DNA of 64,000 nucleotides from the human T2T-CHM13v2.0 reference genome, Homo sapiens. Location of the stretch: NCBI RefSeq assembly GCF_009914755.1, contig NC_060931.1; one strand, given 5' to 3'. A program made the translations under genes and the position numbers. Shown here piece after piece: positions 28,576-40,600 of this stretch (position 1 is the stretch's first letter; each line of letters begins with the position of its first letter). A model generated the notes under the pieces. It was not told the DNA's origin, did not search any database, and saw only the letters and a list, made by a program, of their open reading frames with translations.

Positions 28576-30877
28576 AATAAACATAATTCATCACGTAATT
28601 AAAGACAAAAACCACATGGTTATCTCAATAGATGCAGAAAAGGCCTCCAATAAAATTAATCATCCCTTCATATAAAAAACTCCCAATAAACTAGGTATTG
28701 ATGGAACATACCTCAAAATAATAAGAGCCAATTATGACAAACTCACAATCAGTATCATACTGAATGGGCAAAAGCTGGAAGCATTCCCTTTGAAAACAGG
28801 CACAAGACAAGAATGTCCTCTCTCACCATTCCTATTCAACATAGTATTGGAAGTCCTGGCCAGGGCAATCAGGCAAGAGAAAGAAATAAAGGGTATTCAA
28901 ATAGTAAGAGAGGAAGTAAAACTGTCTCTGTTTGCAGGTGATATAATCCTGTATCTAGAAAACCCCATCATCTCAGCCCAAAAACTTAAGTTGATAAGCA
29001 ACTTCAGAAAAGTCTCAGGATACAAAATCAATGTGCAAAAATCACAAGCATTCCTATATACCAACAACAGACAAGCAGAGAGCCAAATCATGAATGACTG
29101 CGCATTCACAATTGCTACAAAGAGAATAAAATACCTAGGAATATAGCTAACAAGGGAAGTGAAAGACCTCTTCAAGAACTACAAATCATTGTTCAAAGAA
29201 ATAAGAAAGGACACAAACAAATAGAAAAACATTCTATGCTCATGGATAGGAAGAATCAATATCATGAAACTGTCCATATGCTTAAAGTAATTTATAGATT
29301 CAATGCCATTCCCACTAAACTACCATTGACATTCTTCACAGAATTAAAAAAAACAACTTTAGAATTCCTGTGGAAGCAAAAAAGAGCCCATATAGCCAAG
29401 ACAGTCCTAAGCAAAAAGAACAAAGCTGGAACCATCACACTACCCAACTTCAAACAATACTACAAGGCTACAGTAACCAAAACAGCAAGGTACTGGTACA
29501 AAAACAGACACATAGACCAATTGAACATAATAGACACCTCAGAAATAAGACCGCACATCTACAACCATCTGATCTTCGACAAACCTGACCAAAAAAAAGC
29601 AATGGGGAAAGGATTCCCTATTTAATAGATGGTTCTGGGAAAACTGGCTAGCCATATGCAGAAAATTGAAACTGGACCTTTTCCTTACACCTTATACAAA
29701 AACTAACTCAAGATGGATTAAAGACTTAAATGTAAAACCCAAAACTATAAAAACCCTAGAAGAAAAGCTAGGCAGTATCATTCAGGACATAGGCACGGCC
29801 AAAGATTTCATGATGAAAACATCAAAAGCAATGGGAACAAAAGCAAAAATTGACAAATGGGATCTAATTAAACTAAAGAGCTTCTGCGCAGCAAAAAACA
29901 CTATCATCAGAGTGAACAAAGAACCTACAGAATGGGAAAAAATTTTTGCAAACTATCCATCTGACAAAGGTCTAATATCCAGAATCTACAAGGAACTTAA
30001 ACAAATGTACAAGAAAAAAAAAAACAACCCCATTAAAAAGTGGGCAAAGGACATGAACAGACACTTCTCAAAAGAAGACATTTATGTGGCCAACAAACAT
30101 ATGAAAAAAAGCTCAACATCATTGATCATTAGAGAAATGCAAATCAAAACCACAATGAGATACCATCTCACACCAGTTAGGATGGCAATTATTAAAAAGT
30201 CAAGAAACAACAGATGCTAGTGAGGCTGTGGAAAAACAGAAGCACTTTTACACTGTTGGTAGGAATGTAAATTAGTTCAACCATTGTGGAGGACAGTGTG
30301 GCAATTCCTCAAAAACCTAGAAACAGAAATACAATTTGACCCAGCAATCCCATTACTGGGTATATACCCAAAGGAATACAAATCATTCTGTTATAAAGAT
30401 ACATGCACATATATGTTCATTGCAGCACTACTCACAATAGCAAAGAAACAGAATCAACCCAAATACCCATCAATGATAGACTGGATAAAGAAAATGTGGT
30501 ACATACATACCATGGAATACTACGCAGCCATAAAAAGGAATAAGATCATGTCCTTTGCAGGGACATGGATGGAGCTGGAAGCCATCATCCTCAGCAAACA
30601 TACACAGTAACAGAAAATCAAACACCATATGCTCTCACTTATAAGTCAGAGCTGAACAATGAGAACACAAGGACACAGAAAGGGGAACAACACACATTGG
30701 GGCCTGTCAAGGGGGCAGGGGGAAGTAGAGTATCAGAATAAATAGCTAATGTGTATGGGGCTTAATACCTAGGTGATGGGTTGATAGGCGCAGCAAACTA
30801 CCATGGCACACGTTTACCTATGTAAAAACCTCTACATCCTGCACGTGTATCCCAGAATTTAAAATAAAATATAATTA
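28576..30877 (+). mobile_element. 5'-truncated L1PA (about PA8-PA12): ORF2 RT-to-end and 3'UTR
   Basis: Four ORF2 fragments in the ORF track (28790-30610); 3'UTR GGCTTAATACCTAGGTGATGGGTTGATAGG; imperfect AT-rich TSD AATTTTTAAA. Confidence 0.95.
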
Positions 30878-31274
30878 AATTTTTAAAAATTGTCCCTATT
30901 TTTTTATTTTTAAGAGAGTGAACTTTAAAGGAAGTCGTGGGTTACTGATGTTCCACTGACACAGTCATTTATTGAAAATGACTGGAAGTCTGCGCACTTA
31001 CATGCTCTGGGCCTCTTCCTGTTGTCTGTCATCTGCTACATGTCAAAACTTGTTATTTAATCAGAGCTAACATATCCCTTTCAGCCATGCAACTGGATTC
31101 TAGATTTGACTTTGTCACAGTATTTGGAAAGATGTCTCTTTGTTCTTTCTCTGCAGTCTTTATTTAAGCTATCTTAGCAATTATCCTCTTGGTTTCACAA
31201 TAACATCACCTCTACATATGTTCTTTGTGATGAAAATAAGTAAGACCTGGTGGAAAGAAACTGAGATTATTTTC

Positions 31275-31450
31275 ACCCAAAGACCTAGATTTGAGTGTTG
31301 ATTTTGCCACTTATTAAATCCTGGGTATGTTTTCTGACATCCTCAAGCCTTGGTTTTTTTACTAGTAACATGGAGAAAATAGCTAAACTCACAAAATCAT
31401 TGAGAAGATTACAGGAGAGTATATGGAAAACAACTTAAAGTAGTATATAA
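31275..31450 (+). mobile_element. MIR SINE
   Basis: AGACCTAGATTTGAGTGTTGATTTTGCCACTTATTA...AAGCCTTGGTTTTTTTACTAGTAACATGGAG. Confidence 0.6.
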
Positions 31451-32079
31451 ATGTAAATAAATATGTGTATGGAACTATGTAAATATATATGCAAATACAT
31501 ATTATCATTTAGTTTTGCCAAATAAAATGTGAAAGAAACATCAGACTCAGGAATATCAACATTGCAAACCTAGAAAGACAAAAAGTGCAAATTTTGCAGG
31601 GCTTAACTTAAAAGTTTCTAGAGGACAAACACTTGTGTTGGTGGAAGGCCATGGTGTGACAGGACACACAGGCTCGCCTGCTGGAGAGCTTTTATGAGCC
31701 TTGGCAGCACAGCATAAGAGAACAGATGATTCAGATCCTCTTCTTGTGAAATCCAAATTATGTATTAATAGAATATGTGCTGTGACTGTTTTCCTTGATA
31801 CAAATGTAAGGTAATAGTCTCAGAATTTCAGATCTAATTGCTTTGTTTTGGATTCTTGTCATCTAAATTTAATCCTAAAAAATGCATGCTTAATTGGATG
31901 ATTCTTCATCGTGTTGCTTTTTTGTTTTTAATCTACACACAAGGCGTCAGAGTGTATATATTAGAAGTTATATTAAATATTTTAATTTTTCATATAAGAC
32001 CTTCATATAAAATGTATTTTACACACACACAAAAAAAGAGGGTATTCTAAAGCCTCACTATGCCAAGTGTAGACTATAA

Positions 32080-32222
32080 TCCAGCAGCAGCAGCAGCATC
32101 ACCTTGGAGCCTGTTAAAAATGCAGCATCTCAGGCTCTATCCTAGACCCATTAAATCAGAACCTGTATTGTAATAAGAATCCCAAATGATTTATATATGC
32201 ATCAACTTTGAAAATAACTGGT
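32080..32222. mobile_element. MER5A/B hAT-Charlie MITE
   Basis: CAGCAGCATCACCTTGGAGCCTGTTAAAAATGCAGCATCTCAGGC...AATCAGAACCTG...TTTGAAAATAACTGG. Confidence 0.75.
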
Positions 32223-34385
32223 TTTGATCATCTAATAGTTAGGTTTAGTTCAGTTGTTATGTCATTTGTTCTATCCAACAATATTGACTTTCTCTATAAC
32301 TGCGATAGAAATTAGGAAGTTTCTCCTTTTGGCACTTACACTTTTTTTTTTTTACCCCCATACCATGGAATGTGAAGGCATTTGTCTTTGGGTCCCCATT
32401 ACCTCACCAAGCCTCCATTCTCTCCCTTTTCATCTTCCTCCTCCCTCCCAAGCTATGTTTCAGATGTGCTGCAATACTCAAAGCTTACATTCAGAGGTTA
32501 AGTGTACACTACGTAGGGTCCCAGTTGGGTATTCAGTTTGACTACAGCATTGCTCAAATATGGTGATGCTAGGAAGATTTTTAGCCAGGAAGATGTTGAA
32601 AAAAGCAGCTAAAAGTGGAAAATATTTATGGCTTCATTAAGATTGGCCTGAGGCACCATGGAACATTTTCTCTCTTAATCTTTTTTCATTATGTAATCTG
32701 TTCATGGAATTCCTAATTCTGCATGACATGCCATATGAGTAAATGGGTTTTGCTTATGGATGTAAAGATGGAAATTCAATTTAAATTTAAGGATAAATAA
32801 AGAGAGGGAAGAGAAATAGAATTCCATAGAATAGAATGGTAGTTCCCCAGAGGATAGGGGACATAGAATAGGAACTCCAGGTTTCAATACTTAAAGAAAG
32901 TTTTGGGGTGCCAAGGGGTGAGAAAACAGTTATGGAGATTTGGGCAAGATTGAACCCCGAAGATCATCATTCAGAGATATGAGGAATCTGGGCTCTTCCC
33001 TTAGCATACAAAGCAAGTCTTTCAAGGATTTTTGCAACATGAAGTGAGTGCACTGGTGATAGGCTTGTACCATATTTTGAGTTTAGAAATGAAACAGTAT
33101 TCAAAGTAATAATTTTTAAAGCATTTAAATAGGAAAACACTCAGAACTATATTGCTAAAAACATAACCGTTAAGATATCACAGAAGCCAAAATATCACAA
33201 CATTATTAAAGTCCCAGCAAAATAATAAAAAAACAAAAAAGAAATATTTTGAAAAATAATAAGAAACAAACAAACAAACAAAGTCCCAGCAATTTGACTT
33301 GAAAATATTTTGCCATTGGTAATTACAAAGCAGCTTAAATTCTGAAGCTTTCAAGTGCAAAAAGAAAATAAAAAGTGTTTTTCAAATTGCAAATTAGTAT
33401 AAACAAATGGAAAGAATGACCAAGGATGACTACATATGCCTAAGTATGAACTCACTATAATTAAGAAAACTCATAGCTTTGTGAAGAATTCTATTCTTGA
33501 AGCCATCGATTACACTGTAAACTAAAATAGAATTTGCCTTTGAAGAAGTTATTTCAGCCCTCTGAGCCTGAATTTTCCTTTTTATTTAATGCTGCTTACT
33601 ACCCCCCACCTTGCCGGGCTTAATTCATAGGAGCTAATGACACAATGGTCCTTTTTTCTGACCAACAGTCGAATGGGGACCTTTTCCTCTAATTTTTGAA
33701 AAGTATTGCAAAGGCATATAAATAAAATATATTTATCAAAGTATGTAAGGAATTATCTTTACCAAAAAGCATAACATTACATAAAGTAGATGTTCAGAAA
33801 AACCCGGATAGTTAATCACTTTTACTCTAGTCTTTGAAGTCAAATAATTGATGCATAACTGACTGAAACTGTTTGATATCATTAGGTGCAACACTTTAAA
33901 TCAAATGCAGGCTTTTATATTGGGCAAAAGCCAAGATTTTTGAGTACTCAAAAGGGTATAACATGTGTAAGGCCTTCCACTTATTTATTCTTTATAATTG
34001 TATGAGTGTGAAGGAATTCGATTAGCACATTCACATAATTGATTTCTAACCAGAAGGAAAAAGCTAGAAATAAATAAAACCTCTATCTTCCCCCGAGCAC
34101 ATAACTGAAGAGGTAGTTCTCCAAGGGCTGCTGTTTCCATTCCTGACAGGAAGGAAATGCTGAGGGAATCCATTTCCTGTAGCTTCTATGGGCAGTCTCC
34201 ATGGCCATTATGGAAGTTTCTACCCCTCTTGCTATTAGATGCTTTAAAATGTCATAGATATGCTTTCTTCTTATTTTAAAATACAAAAATAAAAGCCATG
34301 GATTAGAGGAAAAGGAGCATGTCTCTCAGGTGGCTGGAAATACACACTTGTTTTTGTTTAAGTCTTAATTCAAAGGCACATTTCA

Positions 34386-34730
34386 CTTTTTTATTCTGAA
34401 ATAATTTCAAACCTAGAGAAATGTAAGAATTATACAAAATACTTTTGTACCTTTCACCCAGATTCACCAGTTGTTAACATTGCCACGTGTGTTTCATCTC
34501 TCTCTCACTCTCTACTTACATGGACGTATATGTACACATAAAAAAATTTCTGAGCCATTTGAGAAGAAGTTTTAGACTTTGTATCTCTTTACTCCTTTAA
34601 TATGCCAGTCTGTGCCTCTTGAGAAAAGAATATTTTCTTACAGGGCTCCAGTACAATGAACAATTTTAGGAAATTTGACTTTGATGCTATTACCTAATCC
34701 ACAATTCATATTCAAATTTCAACAATTATT
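34386..34730 (-). mobile_element. L1MC-type 3' end
   Basis: TTTATTCTGAAATAATTTCAAACCTAGAGAAA...CCTTTCACCCAGATTCACCAGTTGTTAACATT. Confidence 0.7.
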
Positions 34731-35479
34731 CAGCCCCATCAACTTTTAATCAGCAGTTTTAACAAATCATCTGGACATTCCATTTTCTTTAAGAAACAGT
34801 GGACAGTCGGAAATTGCAAATAACCATTTTATTTTCCAGAATGCACTAGGTACCAATATAGATATGTTACTAATTTATTGACCAAACATAATAGGATGTC
34901 TTCTGTTGTCCACATAGAAAAAAAAAAAATCCTGAACTAAGGTAAATATCTTAGCTACCTACTAGAAATGGGTTAGCTAGGAGAATACACAAACAACAGA
35001 CAGAATTAATATTTAATTAATTCTTTTACTATGTGAAAATCATAGAAAAGTGGAAAGGCCCTTTTTCTCTTGAGGCTTCTCTGAACAAATTCAAATATAT
35101 TTAGAGTCTGTAGAATTCTAACTTCACCAACTCATAAATTTAACTAATCTAATGCCATTTTTCAAAGTTTAACAGTATGAAGATCTGCCGGTAGAATAAC
35201 AAAGGCCGAAGAACAACAAGCAAAGAGCAGATTGGTTTGGTTTGGTTTGTTTTTTTTTCTTAAAATTTTTTGAGTACAATACTTGGGGAAAAGAAGACTG
35301 CCTTCTCCTGAAGATTTCTTAGGGCTTACCCTGAAAGCTAGCCTTCATGCCCTGACAATCCACAATGAGATCACCAACAAGGGAGGAGTGGGAGTAACAA
35401 TTCAGTCAATAAGGATGCTGCTATGAGGAATCTTTTTGAAAACCCACCGTACTCCTTGTATGGCAGTTCAGATTGTTCA

Positions 35480-35550
35480 GACCTCTTGGGACATCTTCCC
35501 AGTATGTCTTTTTCATACGAAAAAGACAACTGTCTTTGTCCCAAGAGGTC
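35480..35550. repeat. Inverted repeat forming a 71-nt stem-loop
   Basis: GACCTCTTGGGACA/TGTCCCAAGAGGTC (14 bp perfect), CAGT/ACTG, TGTCTTTTTC/GAAAAAGACA (10 bp perfect), loop ATAC. Confidence 0.9.
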
Positions 35551-35607
35551 AAAGTACTCATGTTAAGGCTGATCCCAGACAACTATACAAAATGCAGACA
35601 TTATAGC

Positions 35608-36010
35608 TGTCAGGCCTCTGAGCCCAAGCTAAGCCATCATATCCCCTGTGACCTGCACATACACATCCAGATGGCCGGTTCCTGCCTTAACTGATGACAT
35701 TCCACCACAAAAGAGATGAAAATGGCCTGTTCCTGCCTTAACTGATGACATTATCTTGAGAAATTCCTTCTCCTGGCTCAAAAGCTCCCCTACTGAGCAC
35801 GTGGTGACCCCCCACTCCTGCCCACTAGAGAACAACCCCCCTTTGACTGTAATTTTCCTTTACCTACCCAAATCTTATAAAACGGCCCCACGCCTATCTC
35901 CCTTCGCTGACTCTCTTTTCAGACTCAGCCCGCCTGCACCCAAGTGAAAAACAGCCTTGTTGCTCACACAAAGCCTGTTTGGTGGTCTCTTCACACAGAC
36001 GCGAGTGAAA
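35608..36010 (+). promoter_or_regulatory. HERV-H 5' LTR (LTR7)
   Basis: Starts TGTCAGGCCTCTGAGCCCAAG; two CCTGCCTTAACTGATGACATT repeats; TATAAAA at 35876-35882; AATAAA absent. Confidence 0.95.
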
Positions 36011-36012
36011 TT

Positions 36013-36030
36013 CGGTGCTATGACTCGGAT
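36013..36030 (+). other. Primer-binding site complementary to tRNA-His
   Basis: CGGTGCTATGACTCGGAT versus TGGTGCCGTGACTCGGAT, 3 mismatches. Confidence 0.9.
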
Positions 36031-36076
36031 CAGGGGACCTCCCTTGGAAGATCAATCCCCTGTCCTCCTGCTCTTC

Positions 36077-36710
36077 TTATCACTTCCCCTCCTCACACCC
36101 AGTTGGGCTTACAGTTTCATTCCGTGACTAGCCCTCCCCAACCTGCCCAGCAATTTCCTCTTAAAATGGTGGCTGGAGCTAAAGGCATAGTCAAGGTTAA
36201 TGCTCCTTTTTCTTTATCCGACCTCTCCCAAATGCTCCCAGTTAGCATTTAGGCTCTTTTTCATCGAATATGAAAAACCCAGCCCAGTTCATGGCTCATT
36301 TGGCTGCAACCCTGAGACACTTTACAGCCCTAGACCCTAAAAGGTCAAAAGGCTGTCTTATTCTCAGTACACATTTTATTACCCAATCCACTCCCGACTT
36401 TAAATAAAACTCCAAAAATTAAATTCCAGCCCTCAAACCCCACAACAGGACTTAATTAACCTCGCCTTCAAGGTGTACAATAATAGAAAAAACTTGCAAT
36501 TCCTTGCCTCCACTGTGAGACAAACCCCAGCCACATCTCCAGCACACAAGAACTTCCAAATGCCTAAACCGCAGTGGCCAGGCATTCCTCCAGGCCCGCC
36601 TCCCCGAGGAGCTTGCTACAAGTGCCAGAAATCTGGCCACCAGGCCAAGGAACGCCCGCAGCCGAGGATTCCTCCTAAGCTGCATCCCATCCGTGCAGGA
36701 CCCCACTGAA
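36077..36710 (+). pseudogene. gag: HERV-H gag remnant
   Basis: AGAKGIVKVNAPFSLSDLSQ and degenerate zinc knuckle CYKCQKSGHQAKERP; stops and deletions. Confidence 0.85.
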
Positions 36711-36859
36711 AATCAGACTGTTCAACTCACCTGGCAACCACTCCCAGAGCCCCTGGAACTCTGGCCCAAAGCTCTCTGACTCCTTCCCAGATCTTCTCGG
36801 CTTAGCAGCTGAAGACTGACACCGCCCAATTGCCTCGGAAGCCTACAGGACCATCACAG

Positions 36860-39600
36860 ACGCTCTGGGTAACTCTCACAGTGGAGGATAAGTCCGTCCC
36901 CTTCTTAGTCAATAGAGAGGCTACCCACTCCACATTACCTTCTTTTCAAGGGCCTGTTTCCCTTGTCTCCATAACTGCTGTGGGTATTGATGGCCAGGCT
37001 TCTAAACCTCTTAAAACTCCCCAACTCTGGTGCCAACTTAGACAATACTCTTTTAAGCACTCCTTTTAATTATCCCCACCTGCCCAGTTCCCTTATTAGG
37101 CTGAGACACTTTAACTAAATTATCTGCTTCCCTGACTATTCCTGGGCTACAGCCACTCCTCATTGCCACCTTTTCCCCCAGTTCAAAGCCGCCTTCACAT
37201 CCTCCTCTTGTATCCCTCCACCTTGACCCACAAGTATAGGACGCCTCTACTCCCTCCTTGGCGACTGATCATCCACCACTTACCATCTCATTAAAACCTA
37301 ATCACCCTTACCCCATTCAACGCCAGTGTCCCATCCCGCAGCACGCTTTAAAAAGATCAAAGCCTGTTATCACTCACCTGCTACAGCATGGCCTTTTAAA
37401 GCCTATAAACTCTCCTTACAATTCCCCCATTTTACCTGTCCTAAAACCAGACAATCCTTACAAGTTAGTTCAGGATCTGCGCCTTATCAACCAAATTGTT
37501 TTGCCTTTCCACCCCATGGTGCCAAACCCATATACTCTCCTATCCTCAATACCTCCCTCTACAACCCATTATTCTGTTCTGGATCTCACACATGCTTTCT
37601 TTACTATTCCTTTGCACCCTTCATACCCAGCCTCTCTTCGCTTTCACTTGGACTGACCCTGACACCCATTAGGCTCAGCAAATTACCTAGGCTGTACTGC
37701 CACAAGGCTTCACAAACAGCCCCCATTACTTCAGTCAAGCCCAAATTTCATCCTCATCTGTTACCTATCTCGGCATAATTCTCATAAAAACACACGTGCT
37801 CTCCCTGCTGATTGTGTCCGACTAATCTCCCAAACCTCAATCCCTTACAAAACAACAACTCCTTTCCTTCCTAAGCATGGTTAGTGCAGTCAGAATTCTT
37901 ACACAAGAGCCAGGACAACACCCTGTAGCCTTTCTGTCCAAACAACTTGACCTTACTGTTTTAGCCTAGCCCTCAAGTCTGCATGCGGTGGCCGCCACCA
38001 CCCTAATACTTGAAAAGGCGCTTAAAATCACAAACTATGCTCAACTCACTCTCTACAGTTCTCATAACTTCCAAAATCTATTTTCTTCCTCACACCTGAC
38101 ACATATACTTTCTGCTCCCCGGCTCCTTCAGCTGTACTCACTCTTTGTTGAGTCCCACAATTACCATTGTTCTTGGCCTGGACTTCAATCCGGCCTCCCA
38201 CATTATTCTGGATACCACACCTCATCCTCATGACTGTATCTCTCTGATCCAGCTGACATTCACCCCATTTCCCCATATTTCCTTATTTCCTGTTCCTCAC
38301 CCTGATCACATTTAGTTTATTGACGGCAGTTCCACCAGGCCTAATCGCCACTCACCAGCAAAGGCAGGCTATGCTATAGTATCTTCCACATCTATCACTG
38401 AGGCTACCGCTCTGCCCCCCTCCACTACCTCTCAGCAAGCCAAACTAGCTGCCTTAACTCAAGCCCTCACTCTTGCAAAAGGACTACATGTCAATATTTA
38501 TACTGACTCTAAATATGCCTTTCATATTCTGCACCACCATGCTGTTATACAGGCTGAAAGAGATTTCCTCACTACACAAGGGTCCTCCATCATTAATGCC
38601 TCTTAAATAAAAACTCTGCTCAAGGCTGCTTTACTTCCAAAGGAAGCTGGAGTCATTCACTGCAAAGGCCATCAAAAGGCGTCAGATCCCATTGCTCTAA
38701 GCAACGCTTATGCTGATAAGGCGGCTAGACAAGCAGCTAGTTCTCCAACTTCTGTCCCTCACGGCCAGTTTTTCTCCTTCCCATCGGTCACTCCCACCTA
38801 CTCCCCCGCTGAAACTTCCACCTATCAATCTCTTCCCACACAAAGCAAATAGTTCTTAAACCAAGGAAAATATCTCCTTCCAGCCTCACAGGCCCATTCT
38901 ATTCTGTCGTCATTTCATAACCTCTTCCATGTAAGTTACGAGCCGCTAACCTGTCTCTTAGAACCTCTCATTTCCTTTCCATCCTAGAAATCTATCCTCA
39001 AGGAAATCACTTCTCAGTGTTCCATTTGCTATTCTACTACCCCTCAGGGATTGTTCCAGCCTCCTCCCTTTCCTACACATCAAGCTCAGAGATTTGCCCC
39101 TTCCCAGGACTGGCAAATTGACTTTACTCACATGCCCCGAGTCAGAAAACTAAAATACCTCTTAGTCTAGGTAGACATTTTCACTAGATAGGTAGAGGCC
39201 TTTCCTACAGGGTCTGAGAAGGCCACCGCAGTCATTTCTTCCCTTCTGTCAGACATAATTACTCAGTTTAGCCTTCCCACCTCTACGCAGTCCGATGGTG
39301 GACTGGCCTTTATTAGTCAAATCAGCCCAGCAGTTTTTCAGGCTCTTGGTATTCAGTGAAACCTTTATATCCCTTACAGTCCTCAGTGTTCAGGAAAAGT
39401 AGAACAGACTAAAGGTCTTTTAAAAACACACCTCACCAAGCTCAGCCACCAACTTAAAAAGGAATGGACAATACTTTTACCACTTTCCCCTCTCAGAATT
39501 CAGGCCTGTCCTCAGAATGCTACAGGGTACAGCCCATTTGAGCTCCTGTATAGATGCTCCTTTTTATTAGGCCCCATTCTCATTCCAGACACCAGACCAA
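36860..39600 (+). pseudogene. pol: HERV-H pro-pol remnant (protease, RT, RNase H, integrase)
   Basis: VPFLVNREATHS (protease, DTG lost); SPYNSPILPVLKPD...LVQDLRLIN...VLDLTHAFF (RT); frameshifted RNase H and IN regions. Confidence 0.9.
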
Positions 39601-40173
39601 CTTGGACTGTGCCCCAAAAAACTTGTCATCCCTACTATCTTCTGTCTAGTCATACTCCTATTCACCGTTCTCAACTACTCATACATGCCCTGCTCTTGTT
39701 TACACTGCCAGTTTACACCATTTCTCCAAGTCATCACAGCTGATACCTCCTGGTGCTATCCCCAAACTGCCACTCTTAACTCTTAAAGTAAATAATCTTT
39801 GCTGGCAGGACTATGCTGAATCTCCTTAGGCACTCTCTAATTAAATGTCCTAGGTCCTCCCAATTCTTAGACCTTTAATACCTGTTTTTCTCCTCCTGTT
39901 ATTCCGTTTAGTTTTTCAATTCATACAAAACCATATCCAGGCCATCACCAATAATTCTAAATGACAAATGTTTCTTCTAACAGTCCCACAATATCACCCC
40001 TTGCCACAAAATCTTCCTTCAATTTAATCTCTCCCACTCTAGGTTCCCACACCGCCCCAATCCCGCTGGAAGCAGCCCTGAGAAACATCGCCCATTATCT
40101 CTCCATACCACCCCAAAAATTTTCGCCGTCCCAACACTTTACCACTATTTCATTTTATTTTTCTTATGAGTAT

Positions 40174-40186
40174 AAGAAGACAGGAA
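40174..40186 (+). other. Polypurine tract
   Basis: AAGAAGACAGGAA immediately before the 3' LTR TG. Confidence 0.85.
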
Positions 40187-40600
40187 TGTCAGGCCTCTGA
40201 GCCCAAGCTAAGCCATCATATCCCCTGTGACCTGCACATACACATCCAGATGGCCGGTTCCTGCCTTAACTGATGACATTCCACCACAAAAGAAATGAAA
40301 ATGGCCTGTTCCTGCCTTAACTGATGACATTATCTTGAGAAATTCCTTCTCCTGGCTCTTCCTGGCTCAAAAGCTCCCCTACTGAGCACCTTGTGACCCC
40401 CACTCATGCCCACCAGAGAACAACCCCCCTTTGACTATAATTTTCCTTTACCTACCCAAATCTGATAAAACGGCCCTACCCCTATCTCCCTTCGCTGACT
40501 CTCTTTTCGGACTCAGCCCGCCTGCACCCAGGTGAAATAAACAGCCTTGTTGCTCACACAAAGCCTGTTTGGTGGTCTCTTCACACGGATGCCAGTGAAA
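40187..40600 (+). terminator. HERV-H 3' LTR (LTR7) with poly(A) signal
   Basis: Direct repeat of the 5' LTR; AATAAA at 40536-40541; TATA altered to GATAAAA. Confidence 0.93.

Larger units (their letters stand above)
35608..40600 (+). mobile_element. HERV-H provirus, two LTRs, deleted non-coding form
   Basis: Two LTR7 copies, 5-bp TSD ATAGC (35603-35607 and 40601-40605), tRNA-His PBS, PPT, degenerate gag/pro/pol. Confidence 0.98.

Noticed and set aside
31002-31246. Possible 245-nt minus-strand exon (TTTCTTTCCACCAG...GTAAGT)
   Set aside because: No convincing open frame; such site pairs are expected by chance in 64 kb, although a lncRNA exon is not excluded
35676-35752. Direct repeats CCTGCCTTAACTGATGACATT with a spacer, superficially CRISPR-like
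   Set aside because: Known U3 tandem repeats of LTR7 in a eukaryotic genome, repeated in the 3' LTR
39600-40170. HERV-H env as a coding gene
   Set aside because: Only about 570 bp remain between integrase and the PPT; env is largely deleted
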